DNA of 64,000 nt from Podarcis erhardii (Eukaryota): the NCBI GenBank assembly GCA_964252035.1, contig OZ176209.1. One strand, 5' to 3'. The notes below the pieces were generated by a model. The model did no database searches. It saw only the letters and a program-made list of their open reading frames with translations, and was not told where the DNA came from. This document shows, piece after piece, positions 1 through 13,518 of this stretch (within the stretch, counting starts at the first letter, position 1; each line of letters opens with the position of its first letter). Both the position numbers and the translations under genes were made by a program.

Positions 1-794
1 TAGGCAGTGGCTGGCACACTTTATAGCGCTCTACAAATAGTAATCTACAGATGGTATGCAAAGGAAAGAGGTGTGTATATGAATAAGTCTGTGTATATAT
101 GTGGGTGATCAGCCTATGTTTATTTGTCTGCACCCTTTGTTGTGTAGACTAGACTACACAACAGAGTGAGTATACGCAATGCGTATTTTTTATGTAAAAG
201 GATATTAATTCCTTTGTAATGTTGAAAACAGGAAAGTCAAATTCCCTGTGGATATTGTGCACTCAGTTACAGGCCTTTCATCAGTTCTGGGCTGGCTGTG
301 AACTGGGTTTTTCTGAATATACAGCTAATGGGAAGGAGTAGATTGTCATGCAGTAATATCAGTGACTCAACCTGTGAAGACACTTTCACAGGAGTTGTCT
401 TAGTGCCTTTGGCTGCTTGTTTTGTTGGTAAAAGATTCTGTGGTGGTATGGGAGTTTCTGAAGGAGTCAGGAACTGAAGCAGAGGCAAGATAGTGCTGGG
501 TTGGCTGAACTTCCCCATAAATGAGCGTCTGTGGGGAGTCTTGTGCAAAGAGGAAAAATGATAAGCACTTGAGGTCTGACTACAGTTTATTCACTTGGAA
601 GTACATGAGGACAGAGGCAAGTGAGAGGGACTTGAACCCAGAGCCAGGTGTTCTGAACCCAGAAGCATGTTTTACTAATTGGATGAATGGAACAGCAGCA
701 CAGTCCATCTGTATGTCTTGGAAGATGTGGAAAGGCCCAAGCCATAGGCCTCTCATATCCTGTTCTCCTCTGCCACTAATTTCCAATAAGGTAT
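1..794 (-). other. LRTM2: LRTM2 3'UTR (may extend beyond the window); candidate AATAAA signals at 586-591 and 119-124
   Basis: Downstream of the stop at 795; TTTATT on plus strand at both positions. Confidence 0.5.
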
Positions 795-1298
<504 letters not shown>

Positions 1299-1414
1299 TC
1301 AGATCACATCATGCTCAGAGCAATAATTCATTTCAATGCAGCTGCTGTGACTGAACACTTAAATATACAGGGATCATTCCCTCTTCCCGGGGTGTAGCTT
1401 ATGTCATATGCTGA

Positions 1415-2012
1415 GAGTTTCTAGGAGCTGCAGGTGATGGCTGAGTGCAGGTTGGGGACCAAAGGTGGACAAACTACCCCAGAAGGAGCATAATGGTAGT
1501 ACCCCTCCCCCAACACCCCAGGTGGGGGTAGCTGATGGATTTCAAACCCTTGGTGAGTTAGGGACTCCCCCTGTATGCAAAGCAGATGAGACCAATAGTG
1601 GAACCAATGATCAAGAAGGCAGTTTCTGTATGTGCTGTAGAGGGAAGTGAGGGGCAGATGGGACTCATCAACCTAGGAAGATAGCCCATCTAGAAGTAAA
1701 ACTGTGATCCTAAGCCTCTGCTGCCTTGTAGGATATCTTCGGAAGAAGAAAAAGCTAAGTAGTAAACCCTACAAATCCAGTGTGGAATCCCTAAAATGGT
1801 TGGATGGCACCTTGTACACCTCTGACATCACCTGCAGCCAAGTTGGTGCTCTGCTCTCCTTTGGACCGCATCAGTGAGGCCCAGGACCTCCATACATACT
1901 GCCTAGGCTTGCACCCCAGGAAGGTCACTTAGGTGCTGCTAATGCAGCAGTTTGATTTCACCTCCCAGGGGCTCACTCCATTGTCTCTTTAGACAGATGG
2001 ATGCCAACAACA
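1415..2012 (+). mobile_element. Non-autonomous RTE-tailed retroposon, copy 1
   Basis: Extensive similarity to 14926-15440 (e.g. tcaaacccttggtgagttagggactccccctg); 3' end ccattgtctc...gatgccaacaac resembles RTE-clade tails; boundaries approximate. Confidence 0.6.
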
Positions 2013-3459
2013 AAGCCACCCACCCACCCCTTCTTTAACTAAGCATTTGGCCATTTTGAGTCAAGAAATGTGTTGCACAGAGAACATTCTGTTTGGAAAC
2101 GGAAGCATTTTTCTAGGTGACAAGTGTGAGACCCAAGACAGTCTCAAGTTATGGGGATAATTGTCTTTGTGGAATATGCTGAAAAACACCAGCTTAGCTA
2201 TTCTTTTTCCACAGCCTTATAATCACCAGCAGTGTTGATAGTGCATAACTGATGTCACTGAGATTTTGTCCATGAAACTCAGAAGCCTTCATAGGCTGAA
2301 ACTTCTAGTAGATTAGAGTCCCCTAACGTGTGGCTAAACAAGAGTCCTCTGTATCCATCAGCAAAACAGATATTGATTGCTACCCTAAGAGATCCTGCTA
2401 CCTTTAGCCCTTTATTGCTTTCTGTTTCAACACAATGTAAGACGAATGTCCTATACATTGCTGCTGCTTTTTTCCTGTCTACTAACACTTTATAACAATG
2501 TTTAACTTGCCCTTGGCCCAAAATCAGACTCACAAGGTGAATTGGAAAAAGAATTTGAACAACAATCAATGACATTACTAAGGGGGAGAAAGAGAGAGGG
2601 AGGGGGGGAGAGGAACTTGCCTGTATCAAAAAGGGTAGCCAACAATTAAAGCTCTTGCTTTTAGCTCAGGTTATAGTGTTTCAGCAGTTAGAAATATTTA
2701 ACATTTTCCATCAGTAATAACAACATACTACAGTTAATTGACTCAAAGGTTACTGTTAATTAACACATCATCATTGACATATATGCTGCTGAGCCATTTC
2801 CCCCCCAGATGGGAGAACTTAGATATAAAATTATGGTTGCTTGGGCACTGGCTCTATTGAAACAGTGAAATCCCCACTGAGAGAGCAGAGGTCAAAGTCC
2901 ACTGTGGGAATCTTGCACATAATTGGTAGTACTAAGGTCAAAATCCAAACTGCGCAATACGACCAATGACCTTCCCTCTGCTTTGTTTGGTGTTTAGCAC
3001 CAGTGAAATTGCCTTATCAAGGAAAATATCTGAATGCATTCTGTAATTCATTTTGCATTCTAGCAACTACACGTTCCCCTGATCTTTTTCCCACTGTAGT
3101 GATTTGCAGCCAGTGAATCCAGAAACTCCAAAATGATCAGATGGGCTTGACCCCTTCCTCATCTTGATCCCTTCAATTATATCCTCTTCTGAAAGTTTGG
3201 ACAACTGTCAGCATTTGCAAAGAGAAATTTGGATGAGAAGATAACCTGCAACTCCAACTACAACATGCGACTTTGTAACATAATACGGCAGGATTATAAT
3301 GCATAGTGACCATTCTCCATATCTGAGAATTAGAATTTAGGTCAGCCTGATCAGTCCAACTTCTCTCTCTTTTCTGTCTAGCTGCTCCTTTTCAGCGCTT
3401 TATAGCCAGGAAAGACTAGGAGTGCATAACCTTCAATGTTGAGATTTGGACCTCTCTCA

Positions 3460-4101
<642 letters not shown>

Positions 4102-7100
4102 TCATCACTGGTAGACTGTATGCACAGTTTCACTTAAGATTTTTGCCTTCCTTTGCAGCCAGATTTAGAATGTCTTCTCGTGTCTAGTGAGAAGAATCTA
4201 CCTTGTGGTCTTGTGCCCAGTTGGTATGACCCTATATAGGATAGCTTCTTAATAGTCTGTGATTAGACTGATAACCAAACGAGCTTCCTCATGGATGAAT
4301 CCTTGTACTGCCAGATGGATTCCCACAGTGTGAACTTCCTTTTAGCCTTTTATGAGCTAGCAGGGCTAAGGAATAAACATTCTTACAGTATGGTGGGGGA
4401 GAAAGGTCAGCATATTCCCAGAGAGCTTTGCTGCCTGATTCCAGTGTGCTTCAATATAATAGATACAATAAAGCCAAGCGTGATGGAAGAACAACTCAGA
4501 GCTAGTATAGAAAATTGCTAACTCTTTCTAAATTATCAGAATAGTTTTGATAATATTTAATTGGAAACCTTTAAGTTGTTACTTAGAAAGCAAATTATCA
4601 ATTCATTGTGTTTTCTTAAGAACAGGATTTGTGGTGGACAGAGATGATTTTGACCCCAGTACAAATTTTAAGGTATTTAGCATTTTGCAGCCAGTGTCCA
4701 AAGACCCTAGTTACACATGAACTACTAAAATCCATACTACATATCTAAGACCTAAATAATGAAGCCTGAAAAGAGAAACCTTGCACAATTTTCTGAAGGT
4801 CAACAAATAAGCACTGAAAGGATGAAGTAAAGCCGGCAATAGGTTTGAAAGGTGTGTTCCCCCAAAGAAAATGCTCTTCCATCTGCTTCCCTCCGTGGAA
4901 TGAAAGAATCTTAAAACTAGATGGTTTTACCTGATTTTAATAACTTAAAGGTGAATAAATGTTCCCAAAGTCAGCAGCCCTTGATCTACAGTTGAAAAAA
5001 AGCATTACAAACTGCTTTCATTTTCGAAGCACATCGTACATTTTGAATTTGGGTTAAATCCAAAACCAATGAATATGCATATGGACCTGAATACTGATAC
5101 CTAATTCAAGGGCTAAATCCAAATCTTATACCTGTTTCCCACACAGTCTTTGGTATTAAGTAATGTGGTATTTGTTGAACCATTTCAGGTTCCAAACAAA
5201 GTCTGTAATCTGAAGGATTCTTAATAAGTTTCTTCCTCTCAGTTAAGTGAATTGACATCTATACAGGTCCAGCAGATGCTGATTCAAGTTTCTACCCCAA
5301 CTCTCCTAACAAAAGTTAAGCAATAGGCGGTGAGGGTGGGGGTGTTCTCTGGCCTCACAGCAGCCTTTCTACTAAGAAGAGGCCAGGGTCAATAGCATAG
5401 ATGTTACAATGGATGCCATGAACCCAGAAAACAGATCCTGTTGGCACCAGAGTTGGTATTCTCTGTCTAGAGGTATTTAATTCCACTCAGAGTATCTCAT
5501 TCTATGGATGTAGGATGATGCTTGAAAGAACAAGAGGGAAGGGAAAGTGACATGAATTGTGCAAGTGATCTTGCTTTTCTTGGATGCTTGACTGAAGTAC
5601 CATATTAATTATACAGTGATATCTGTGATGATGAGAGCACATTTAGCTGCTTTGTGTACAGGGAAAGGTGAGAATGTATCAGGTAAGGCTATATAGGTGA
5701 CACTCTTCTATGTCTGTTTTAGCAAATGCCATCCTTTCTGCTCTAACCCCTAGTTGAGCACCTCTGGGAAACCACCATTAGTACTGCTACCCCTACCAGA
5801 CATCTGGGTGCATAATTTCCTGAGAATTTTAATTTACACCACAACTCTACTACTATAATGATGGCTGAGAGAGGCAGGGGGACAATGTTACATGTCTTCC
5901 TGAAGGAAACTCCAACAATATCTACTAGGCAAAAATGTAAGGTCATGGTGTGGTTATTTAGGGATACAGGTATGGTTACTCAGGTCTCAAAAGGCAGTGT
6001 GCCTGTGAATGCTCAGCAGAGCAGGTAGGAATTTTTTGTCTCATGAAAAGTAGCATTAACTACGAAACAATAGTCTAAGTGAAATATTCAGCATACTCTA
6101 TGATCTTATGTCAAGAAAAGGTAATGTTACTTTGTGAGATGTTCAGGACTGTAGTAAGATGATCCAGGAATATAAGATTAGGTCTGGGCTCAGTGGCGTT
6201 TAGAGTAAATAATTTATAATGGCAATCTAGGAAGCAAGGGTGTATAACAAAGGCAAGGCTCTTAGGCAAAAGGAAATAATTTCCTCTGTAAATATCATCG
6301 GCGTCTTGTGTTCTGACCCCTAGTCTTTCTTTTTGGTGTGAGTCTATACCCCCTGCCTAGCTTAGCTGCATGTATCCTCATTAACAAAAATAACTCTCTT
6401 CATAACTCACTGCAGAGATGGCTTGGTGGTTCCACTGGAGTACACTTAGACTGAAGTCCTATACTTGCTTATCCAGGAATAGTTCCCTCTGAACTTAATG
6501 GGACTTCTAAGTAGGTCTGCATAGGTTTGTGCTGTTAGCCTATCTTAAACTTCTGTTGTTCCTGCTTTGTCATATCCACATTTTTTTAAAGTCTGAAGCT
6601 AATGCCCCACAGGGATTGTTCACTGAGAAGACGAACAATGTGAGCTCTTTTGGAAACTATTAGTGGGAAAGAAATGTTGGTATGTGCATGCAAGTATTAC
6701 ACGAAACACATCAACATACCATTGCTTCCACTTTTTTTCCTAGTGTATGACTTAACTCAACTTCTTGAACCTCATACTGTAAGAATCACCGCAATGAGTA
6801 ATTTAATGGAATTGGGCCAATATAGGCTACTTCACAAATGACACCATCTGGACTTTGACATTTGTAAAGCTTGTGAATATAGTTAATGTGGTCTGTAACA
6901 TAGGAAAGAGCAACTTAAAATTTAAGTATAGTCCTTTGCAATGTGACTATGACAATTGAATAGCCTGGTCAACATATGACATGACTGTCATGAACTGAAA
7001 TGGTTTTGAGATGTGCATCACAGGTCCTCACATCATTAATTTTTCCCTATGAGTGTTTGGCCTTCTCTATACTGCAAAATAATGGATGTTATATTTTTAA

Positions 7101-7461
7101 GAGGGCAAAAATATTAACTTTTGTGGGTTGTTGTGATACCAACATATACAGGACTGACTGTGGAAGGTGATAGAGGTTCCTTTGCATATTGGGCATCCTT
7201 CAGGCATTAAGAGCAAGTTGGTACCCACTCTTTTGCCACTCTCAAGCCCGTTCTAATCACAACCCGTAACCACTGATTATGATTATCTGCAACATGTGAA
7301 AGCACCGTTGCTTCTTCCTTCGGCATTACACTTCTTGTCATTCGTAGGGGGAAAAAATCTGAGCACTACACTCACTATTGAAATAAAAACACTCTCCCTT
7401 CCCCTCACTGGAGAAATAGGGGACAGCCTCCTGCTTAGCAAACAACCTGGGCAGTACTTAC

Positions 7462-7528
7462 AGCTAGTTTTCCTCCATCTCAGGGAAAGCCTGTTGCTCC
7501 ACCAGTAGCCTCCACTCAGAGACAGCAT
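7462..7528 (-). CDS. LRTM2: LRTM2 first coding exon, coding part (67 bp)
   Basis: ATG at 7528 in ACCATCATGC context; MLSLSGGYWWSNRLSLRWRKTS then donor AGCT|gtaagt at 7462/7461; phase 1 joins exon 4061 (T+TG=Leu); total CDS 67+591+458=1116 nt=371 aa+stop. Confidence 0.88.
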
Positions 7529-7615
7529 GATGGTTACTGTTTTCCCCGTGGTGTCTTGTGCCTGCCAGCCAGGCTGGCACACTTTCTTGCAGGAATGAAC
7601 AGCAGTCTGACGAAT
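7529..7615 (-). other. LRTM2: 5'UTR part of the LRTM2 start-codon exon
   Basis: Acceptor cttttgttctgcttttaccttctag|A at 7616/7615; no upstream ATG in 87 nt. Confidence 0.7.
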
Positions 7616-8914
7616 CTAGAAGGTAAAAGCAGAACAAAAGAGCATATGGCTATCAGGGGTCTAACAGAATTATATATAGGTCTGGAAGAAACCTCACTGA
7701 AATTAACTGGCTTTACTATCAGGCAAGGTGAGACATCTTTAGTAAGTTTTTTTTTAATAAAATAAAAAAATAAAATAAAATGTGCTCACTGAGGATTGGC
7801 AGAGGGAAGAGCATCTCCAAAATTCTGCTAGGTAAGTGTAGGGAAGTTGGAACAATTTTTCTGGGAAATCTGAATGCTCAGAGTAGGCATGGTGCCATCT
7901 TGGAAGTGCTTCTCAACTGCTGGTGAAGGGGAAGGCCAAAAAGATGAGATGAGGTGGCTGGCAGGGGAGTGTAGAAAAAAGGCTGAAAGAACTCTGCCAA
8001 CCCATAGATATTAGAAAACCACATTTTAATGGACCTTAATCAGAAAGCAATATTAGATAACGAACAAGAATTGTTCATTGCTTTGAAATTGGCTATATCA
8101 GTGCAGGTGTACTGGAGTTTTTTAGCAGAGAAATGCATAAAGGTAGATGGGAGGGGTTTAAATTGCATCATTAATTACTAATCACATAACAAATGATATC
8201 CAATTTGTGTGTCCAACATTCCTTGTCGCCACACATAAAGTGCAATGAATTGCATTTACGAAATATTGCAGTTTTGATAGCAGAAAAAATGCAATGTTGC
8301 TACAACAAAAGAGTAAACTTGAGGGAAGATGTGCAGATTATGTGCAACAAACAAGAAACAATTATGGAGGAATTTGCACAAAAAGGCCTGAAGTAGCCTC
8401 TTTCCACTCCATTTCTGGCATTATTGATTCGATGCAATCCCTCTTCTGCTCTGTGGGGAAAAACATTGCTCCCTCTAGGAAACTCTTGAATCTTCCCTGT
8501 GCCTGCTTTACATGTTTCCTGTGTGTGTTAAGTTCAGAGCAGAACTAATAAATCACACATGGAACTGCTTGTTGGAGGTTCCTTGCTAGCTAGGTTGAGG
8601 ACATCCTCCTAATCATCACCCCACTTTCCCCACTGCAAATGCTGTCCGATGCCCACACACCCCTAAGACATATAAATATTCCCAATTAATAAATGGTACC
8701 ATCATGGTTAAATGTAGTAGAAATTCATTGTATAGAGTCATGGTTGCCTCCGTTAGTTTGCAACAAGAGAAATCCCAGTGCCAGTTTTAAGCCTGTTCAG
8801 AAGCTAAATCTTCTGACCTGAACATCCCGCCTCTAATCCCAGATGTGTGTAACTTCTCACTGGCAAGAGAAAGCCATTCTTCATGTTCTTAGAGACACCC
8901 TAGAAGCTGGTTCA

Positions 8915-9087
8915 CAGTGCAGTTCAGTGGTAGAGCATATGCTTTGCATGTAAAAAGTTCCAGGTTCAAACCCTGGCATTTCCAGGTGGGACTGTGAAAG
9001 ACTCCTCTCTGGAGCCTTGTGGCCAGTAAATGTAGATGACAATGAGATAGATGGAGAGCGGTCTGGTGGTATACATTTCCTATGCTC
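8915..9087 (+). mobile_element. tRNA(Ala)-like-headed squamate SINE (Anolis SINE2/Squam2-like; family name unverified)
   Basis: ttcagtggtagagcat...ggttcaaaccctggcat head; tail ...ttcctatgctc. Confidence 0.75.
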
Positions 9088-9231
9088 ACCATCTGATGTC
9101 CACAGCATCAAGTGATGACACGCATGTGTGACTTGGGCTGTTGAAGGTTTAACATCACAGACCTTTCATGCCACTTCATATACAATGCTGTTAATTAGTT
9201 CAGATAGTCATCTGATTTTCAGGTGTATGAG

Positions 9232-9321
9232 CATAGCTGTCAACATTTTCCTTTTTTTAAGGGGAATTCCCTTATTCCGAATAGGATTCCTCTCAAGAAA
9301 AGGGGAAAGTTGACAGCTATG
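9232..9321. mobile_element. 90-bp MITE with 13-bp perfect TIR CATAGCTGTCAAC
   Basis: catagctgtcaac at 9232 and gttgacagctatg ending at 9321; TSD degraded. Confidence 0.75.
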
Positions 9322-10587
9322 ATCAAGAGATGCACATGCACAGGCTTGTGTGAACCAGTGCTAGGATTACTTTATTCAATCCAAGGCTACTTCACATGTC
9401 CCCAGCATTAGGAAGAAGTTGGAAGACTAGACCTGGTGAACCGCAAATGTATTGCCTAGCCTACCAATTTCCGTGTAGTCAGCTGTGGTGCTGTACTGAA
9501 ATCAGGGCTTCAGAACCCACTGGGAGAAAATAAGTACACAAAATGCATACAGTCATGCCCCTAGGGACATGCTTGGAGCTCTTTTGTGCTGCTAAGCTTC
9601 CCTTCCCCCTCATCCCTTCTGGGTGACAAAGCGGGGGAGATGCCTGCAACAGGAGTTCCCATCTCCAATTTTGGGGGGAGAGTGCTGGTGGTTTATACAG
9701 ATTTAATTTTGCAGCAGCTGAAGAGCAAACAAATGAAAGCAGAGGTATGGGGGGGGTGCAGGAATTACATTTTAATCTAAAGGAAGTGTCTGTATGTCAG
9801 AGGAGGTGAGCATCCTAATTAGAAACCCCCAAGATAATCAGTTTTATCCCCTGGTGATTATAATGAGCCACCATGACAACAGGTTCTCCCCCTGCCCTTT
9901 AGCTACCAAAGGCAGGGGCAGGAGGGGTCACTGTTTCTGGAAGCGTCATTTACCGCTCCTCCTGCTGCTTTTTCAGATTTATTCAGGGGGAAGCTTTGCA
10001 GCCCACCCACTATTGGCTCAGAAAGGGCGAGAATGCCCACTAAAATCCGGCTTCTCCTCCCTCCTCCCTCTTTTCCCAGTTCCTCCCCGCCTGCTCTTGG
10101 AAAATGTTATGTCTCCCTTTTGGCTTTATTTTTAGATTTGTATAATATGCCCGAAGCTCAGTCCGTGTCCATCATTTTCCTTTCCTCCTCCCTCCCCTCA
10201 TTCATTTATTTTGATGGGCAATCAAATCCTCCCAAAGGCTCTTAAAATCACACAGCACAGAGGGCGAGAGGATTTGGTGTGATTCGTGAAAGCTGTTGAG
10301 AGAGATAATCTGACACGAGGATGCCGAGGTGAAAGATATTAAGAGCGTTTACAAAATATCTGCCTTCCTCCCCCCACCCCACAAAACACACACACAAACC
10401 ACATTCCAAAAAAGAGAGAGAGAGTTGGAATCTCTCCTTGCACTTCCTTGCAAAAGGGAAAGCCTCAAACCCCTTTGCGCCTGCCAGAGCTCAGGGCTCC
10501 CAGTGCTTTTAACCAGCCGCTGGAGCATCCTCTGGATATATTCCTTCCCTCTCCCCCTTTTTGCCAAGACACAGCAGGAGCACTTAC

Positions 10588-10788
10588 CTGGAGATGCTCT
10601 GCTTATCAGCCTGGGCTCTGGCCAAATTCCACCTTCTTTCCTCTCTTTCTCTGCCTCCTTGACTCCCAGCAAAGAGGTTTGCTCCTCTCCGAGTCTGTGT
10701 CCTATTTAACTCCCCTACCCCACAGGAACCAGCAGCAGAGTTAAGCTGACAGCCACAGAGACTTAGCAGGCTGCGCTGGATGGCTGGG
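10588..10788 (-). other. LRTM2: Candidate non-coding 5'UTR exon of LRTM2
   Basis: Consensus donor CAG|GTAAGT at 10588/10587; plausible acceptor ctgatcaactctccag| at 10789/10788; no ATG inside; 5' boundary uncertain. Confidence 0.45.
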
Positions 10789-13039
10789 CTGGAGAGTTGA
10801 TCAGTTTCAAATCCTGTTGTGGAATGATCCTGTCCTTCCCTCCCTGAGGTATTAGGAACTGCCTGCCACTCTCTTTGCCTCTCTCATTCCCACCCCCATC
10901 GCTCAGCCTGGTTTTGCTCTACAGCTGCTGCTCTGATGTTATCAGCAATCCACCTGTACGGCTGGGCTCAAGTACAACCAAAGAGACGTACACCTTTCAA
11001 AAGGACAACTTAACAATGCTGCTACCTGATTGTGCTGAGGACGTGAAGGCAGAAAACATATTTCTTAAAAAAAGAAACTAAAAAGAAGCACTTGAGCTTG
11101 ACTGGGAGCCATGCCAGTTTTTAACCTCAAAACTCTTTCCCTGACTCCTATGTAAATTGCCTGTTGTTCTTACTTAGGGCTGGTTTGCACATATCCACAT
11201 TTCTCGTGGCATCGTGATGGCTTGTCTGTGTGAATGGGCTGTCACAGATCACACATCTCGGTTGCAACACCTTGAACACAATGTTTTTCTTTGGAATGTC
11301 AGTTCACACAGCTAATATTTACCAGTCAAGTGCAAAAACAAAAAACAAAAAACAGGTGATGTGCAGGAATTAAAGAAAAGGCATTTTGCATGTTTACTGA
11401 GGCACTGTTCTTACTACATATGCCCCGAGGCTGTGTACTAGCATTAAATACGGGTTCCAGAGCTAAAGTCTGATGAATCTTGGCTCAAATTAAGCCATGT
11501 GGAGAGCTTTAGCTGCCCCCCCCCCCAGCCGCTGAACCCTGAAATCTGTGTTCAATGCCATGACCTAGATGGAAATCTATGAAGAAATAACAGCAAAGGA
11601 GTTGCTTCTGAGCATGTGCAAAGTGCATTTCCTATACCTTTGAATCATCACAAAAGTCATCACATTCTTTCTCTTCCCTCCCTCTTTCCATATGTGTGGG
11701 CATCCCTGTGTGTGCTTCTAGATTAGAGGATTTGACCAATTTGAGTACCATCCCCTTTTAAGAAACTTTTTCCTGAAAGAGGCTACCTTTTTAAAAAAAT
11801 AAAATGTTAAGATCTATTTCAACATCAAGATTAACTACAACAGAAACATTTTTGGGAATGCATTATACATAATTAGCAGTCATTTGGGAATGATAATATT
11901 CCCTTATTTTAATTAATAGACTTTTACATCCATCATCAATTTCATCTATCACTCATGATTACTATTATTATACTACTTTGAAAAGGTCTGCATGTAGAGT
12001 TAATAGATCACATCCTCACCATATATTTAAAGCACTTTTAAAGTACATGATTTTTACCAAAGAATCCTGGGAACTGTAGTTGCTAAGGTGCTTGGAATTG
12101 TAGCTCTCAGAAGGGTAAAATCAGGCAAAATATAACCAATATTATTTTTTATTCGTCTGAGAAGTAATTGTGCTGTGGTTTGGGAGTTTAAGATCTATTT
12201 AATATTTTTGTTTTACCAACATCATTCAGACGCCTCATCAAAATGTATCTATTGGAAGAAAAATACCTTTAATTATTTTAGTTGTTTCTTTCCAGAAACA
12301 TAGAGTCTTTGTGCTCTTAACAATAGTAGGAGAGAGAGAAATTCAACAAGCACACCCTTTTTCTAGATCAGTGAGGGAGACTGTGTCTGTTGAATTCCTG
12401 CTCATCTCACAAACTGAAGGCAAGTTGGGGTAGCTGACATGATACCCTCCAGATGATGTTGCATTTTTAATTCTTTATTTATTTATTTATTTATTTAGGG
12501 TTTTCTTGTTTTACAGTGTCATTAGCCCCAGCCAGCACCATGTTCACCAATGGTCAGCGCTAATGGGAGGGCACCATGTTCACTCCCCATGAGTTAAAAG
12601 GAACAGATCCATTGTCAGAGAAAAAATGAGAGATAGCAATTCTAGTCCTCACCCTAAAGCATCCTCTGTACCACTGCGCTTCGGTTTGTGGGTCAGGAGG
12701 GACTTGTGTGTCATGAGCAACTTGATCTCGGGTGGGTCACAGCAGAATCATAACCACCATTTTCTTTTTTCTGTATGGGATTTTTGTAAGGAAAAGTGGG
12801 GAACAGTGCATAAAAGAGGATTGTAGCAGGTACACCTTGGTTGCATTTACAATGCATATTGCATTTACCAAGGTTTCCTTTTCTATACTTTCCTGATACC
12901 TGGCAAATGAGAAGCAAGCACAGGAAGATGAATATGTGTGATTAGAGAACTGGGTCCCATGTTGTAAGTTTCAGTTAAAGGTGGGTCTTTGGTTTGAAAA
13001 GGACTGCTACTCTTCATAATTCTCCTCTCTCTTTGGGGA

Positions 13040-13374
13040 AGGACTGTGGTTCAGTGGTAGAGCATCTCCTTTGCAAGCAGAAGGTCCCATGTTCAATCCT
13101 TGGTGTTTCCAAGTCTTAGCGTATATAGCAGGGGTGGCCAACTCCCAAGAGATTGCAATCTACTCACAGAGTTAAAAACTGACAGTGATCAACCCCATTT
13201 TGGGGGGTTCAGGTCAAAGTTGTTGAGCTTCTTTGTGGGGAGCCAGTGATCTACCACAGACGTCCGGTGATCTACTGGTAGATCACAATCTACCTGTTGG
13301 ATGTGCCTGGTATATAGTATTGAGTTAGATGGACCAATGGTCTGAATCACTATTAGGCAGCTTCCCATGTTCCT
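13040..13374 (+). mobile_element. tRNA-derived SINE (same family as 8915) interrupted by a MITE
   Basis: Head ttcagtggtagagcatctcctttgcaagcagaaggtccc; tail gatggaccaatggtctg...aggcagcttcccatgttcct. Confidence 0.8.
13129..13309. mobile_element. hAT-type MITE, 181 bp, 8-bp TSD GTATATAG
   Basis: Ends caggggtggccaac / gttggatgtgcctg; gtatatag at 13121-13128 and 13310-13317. Confidence 0.85.
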
Positions 13375-13494
13375 GTGTTTGCTGGTGTGGGTTTTCAGAT
13401 TAAACCACGCAGAGCATGTGGTAAAGTACATCTGACCCTCATTGGGATTTGAATGTCTAGATTAGATATTAGGTTCTGATAAATCAAGGCTAAC

Positions 13495-13518
13495 GCTGCT
13501 GCTGCTGCTGCTGCTGCT
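13495..13518 (+). repeat. (GCT)8 trinucleotide repeat
   Basis: Direct reading. Confidence 0.95.

Noticed and set aside
7529-7615. N-terminally extended LRTM2 (29 open in-frame codons upstream of the ATG)
   Set aside because: No upstream ATG, and the candidate upstream exon has an in-frame TAA six codons before its donor
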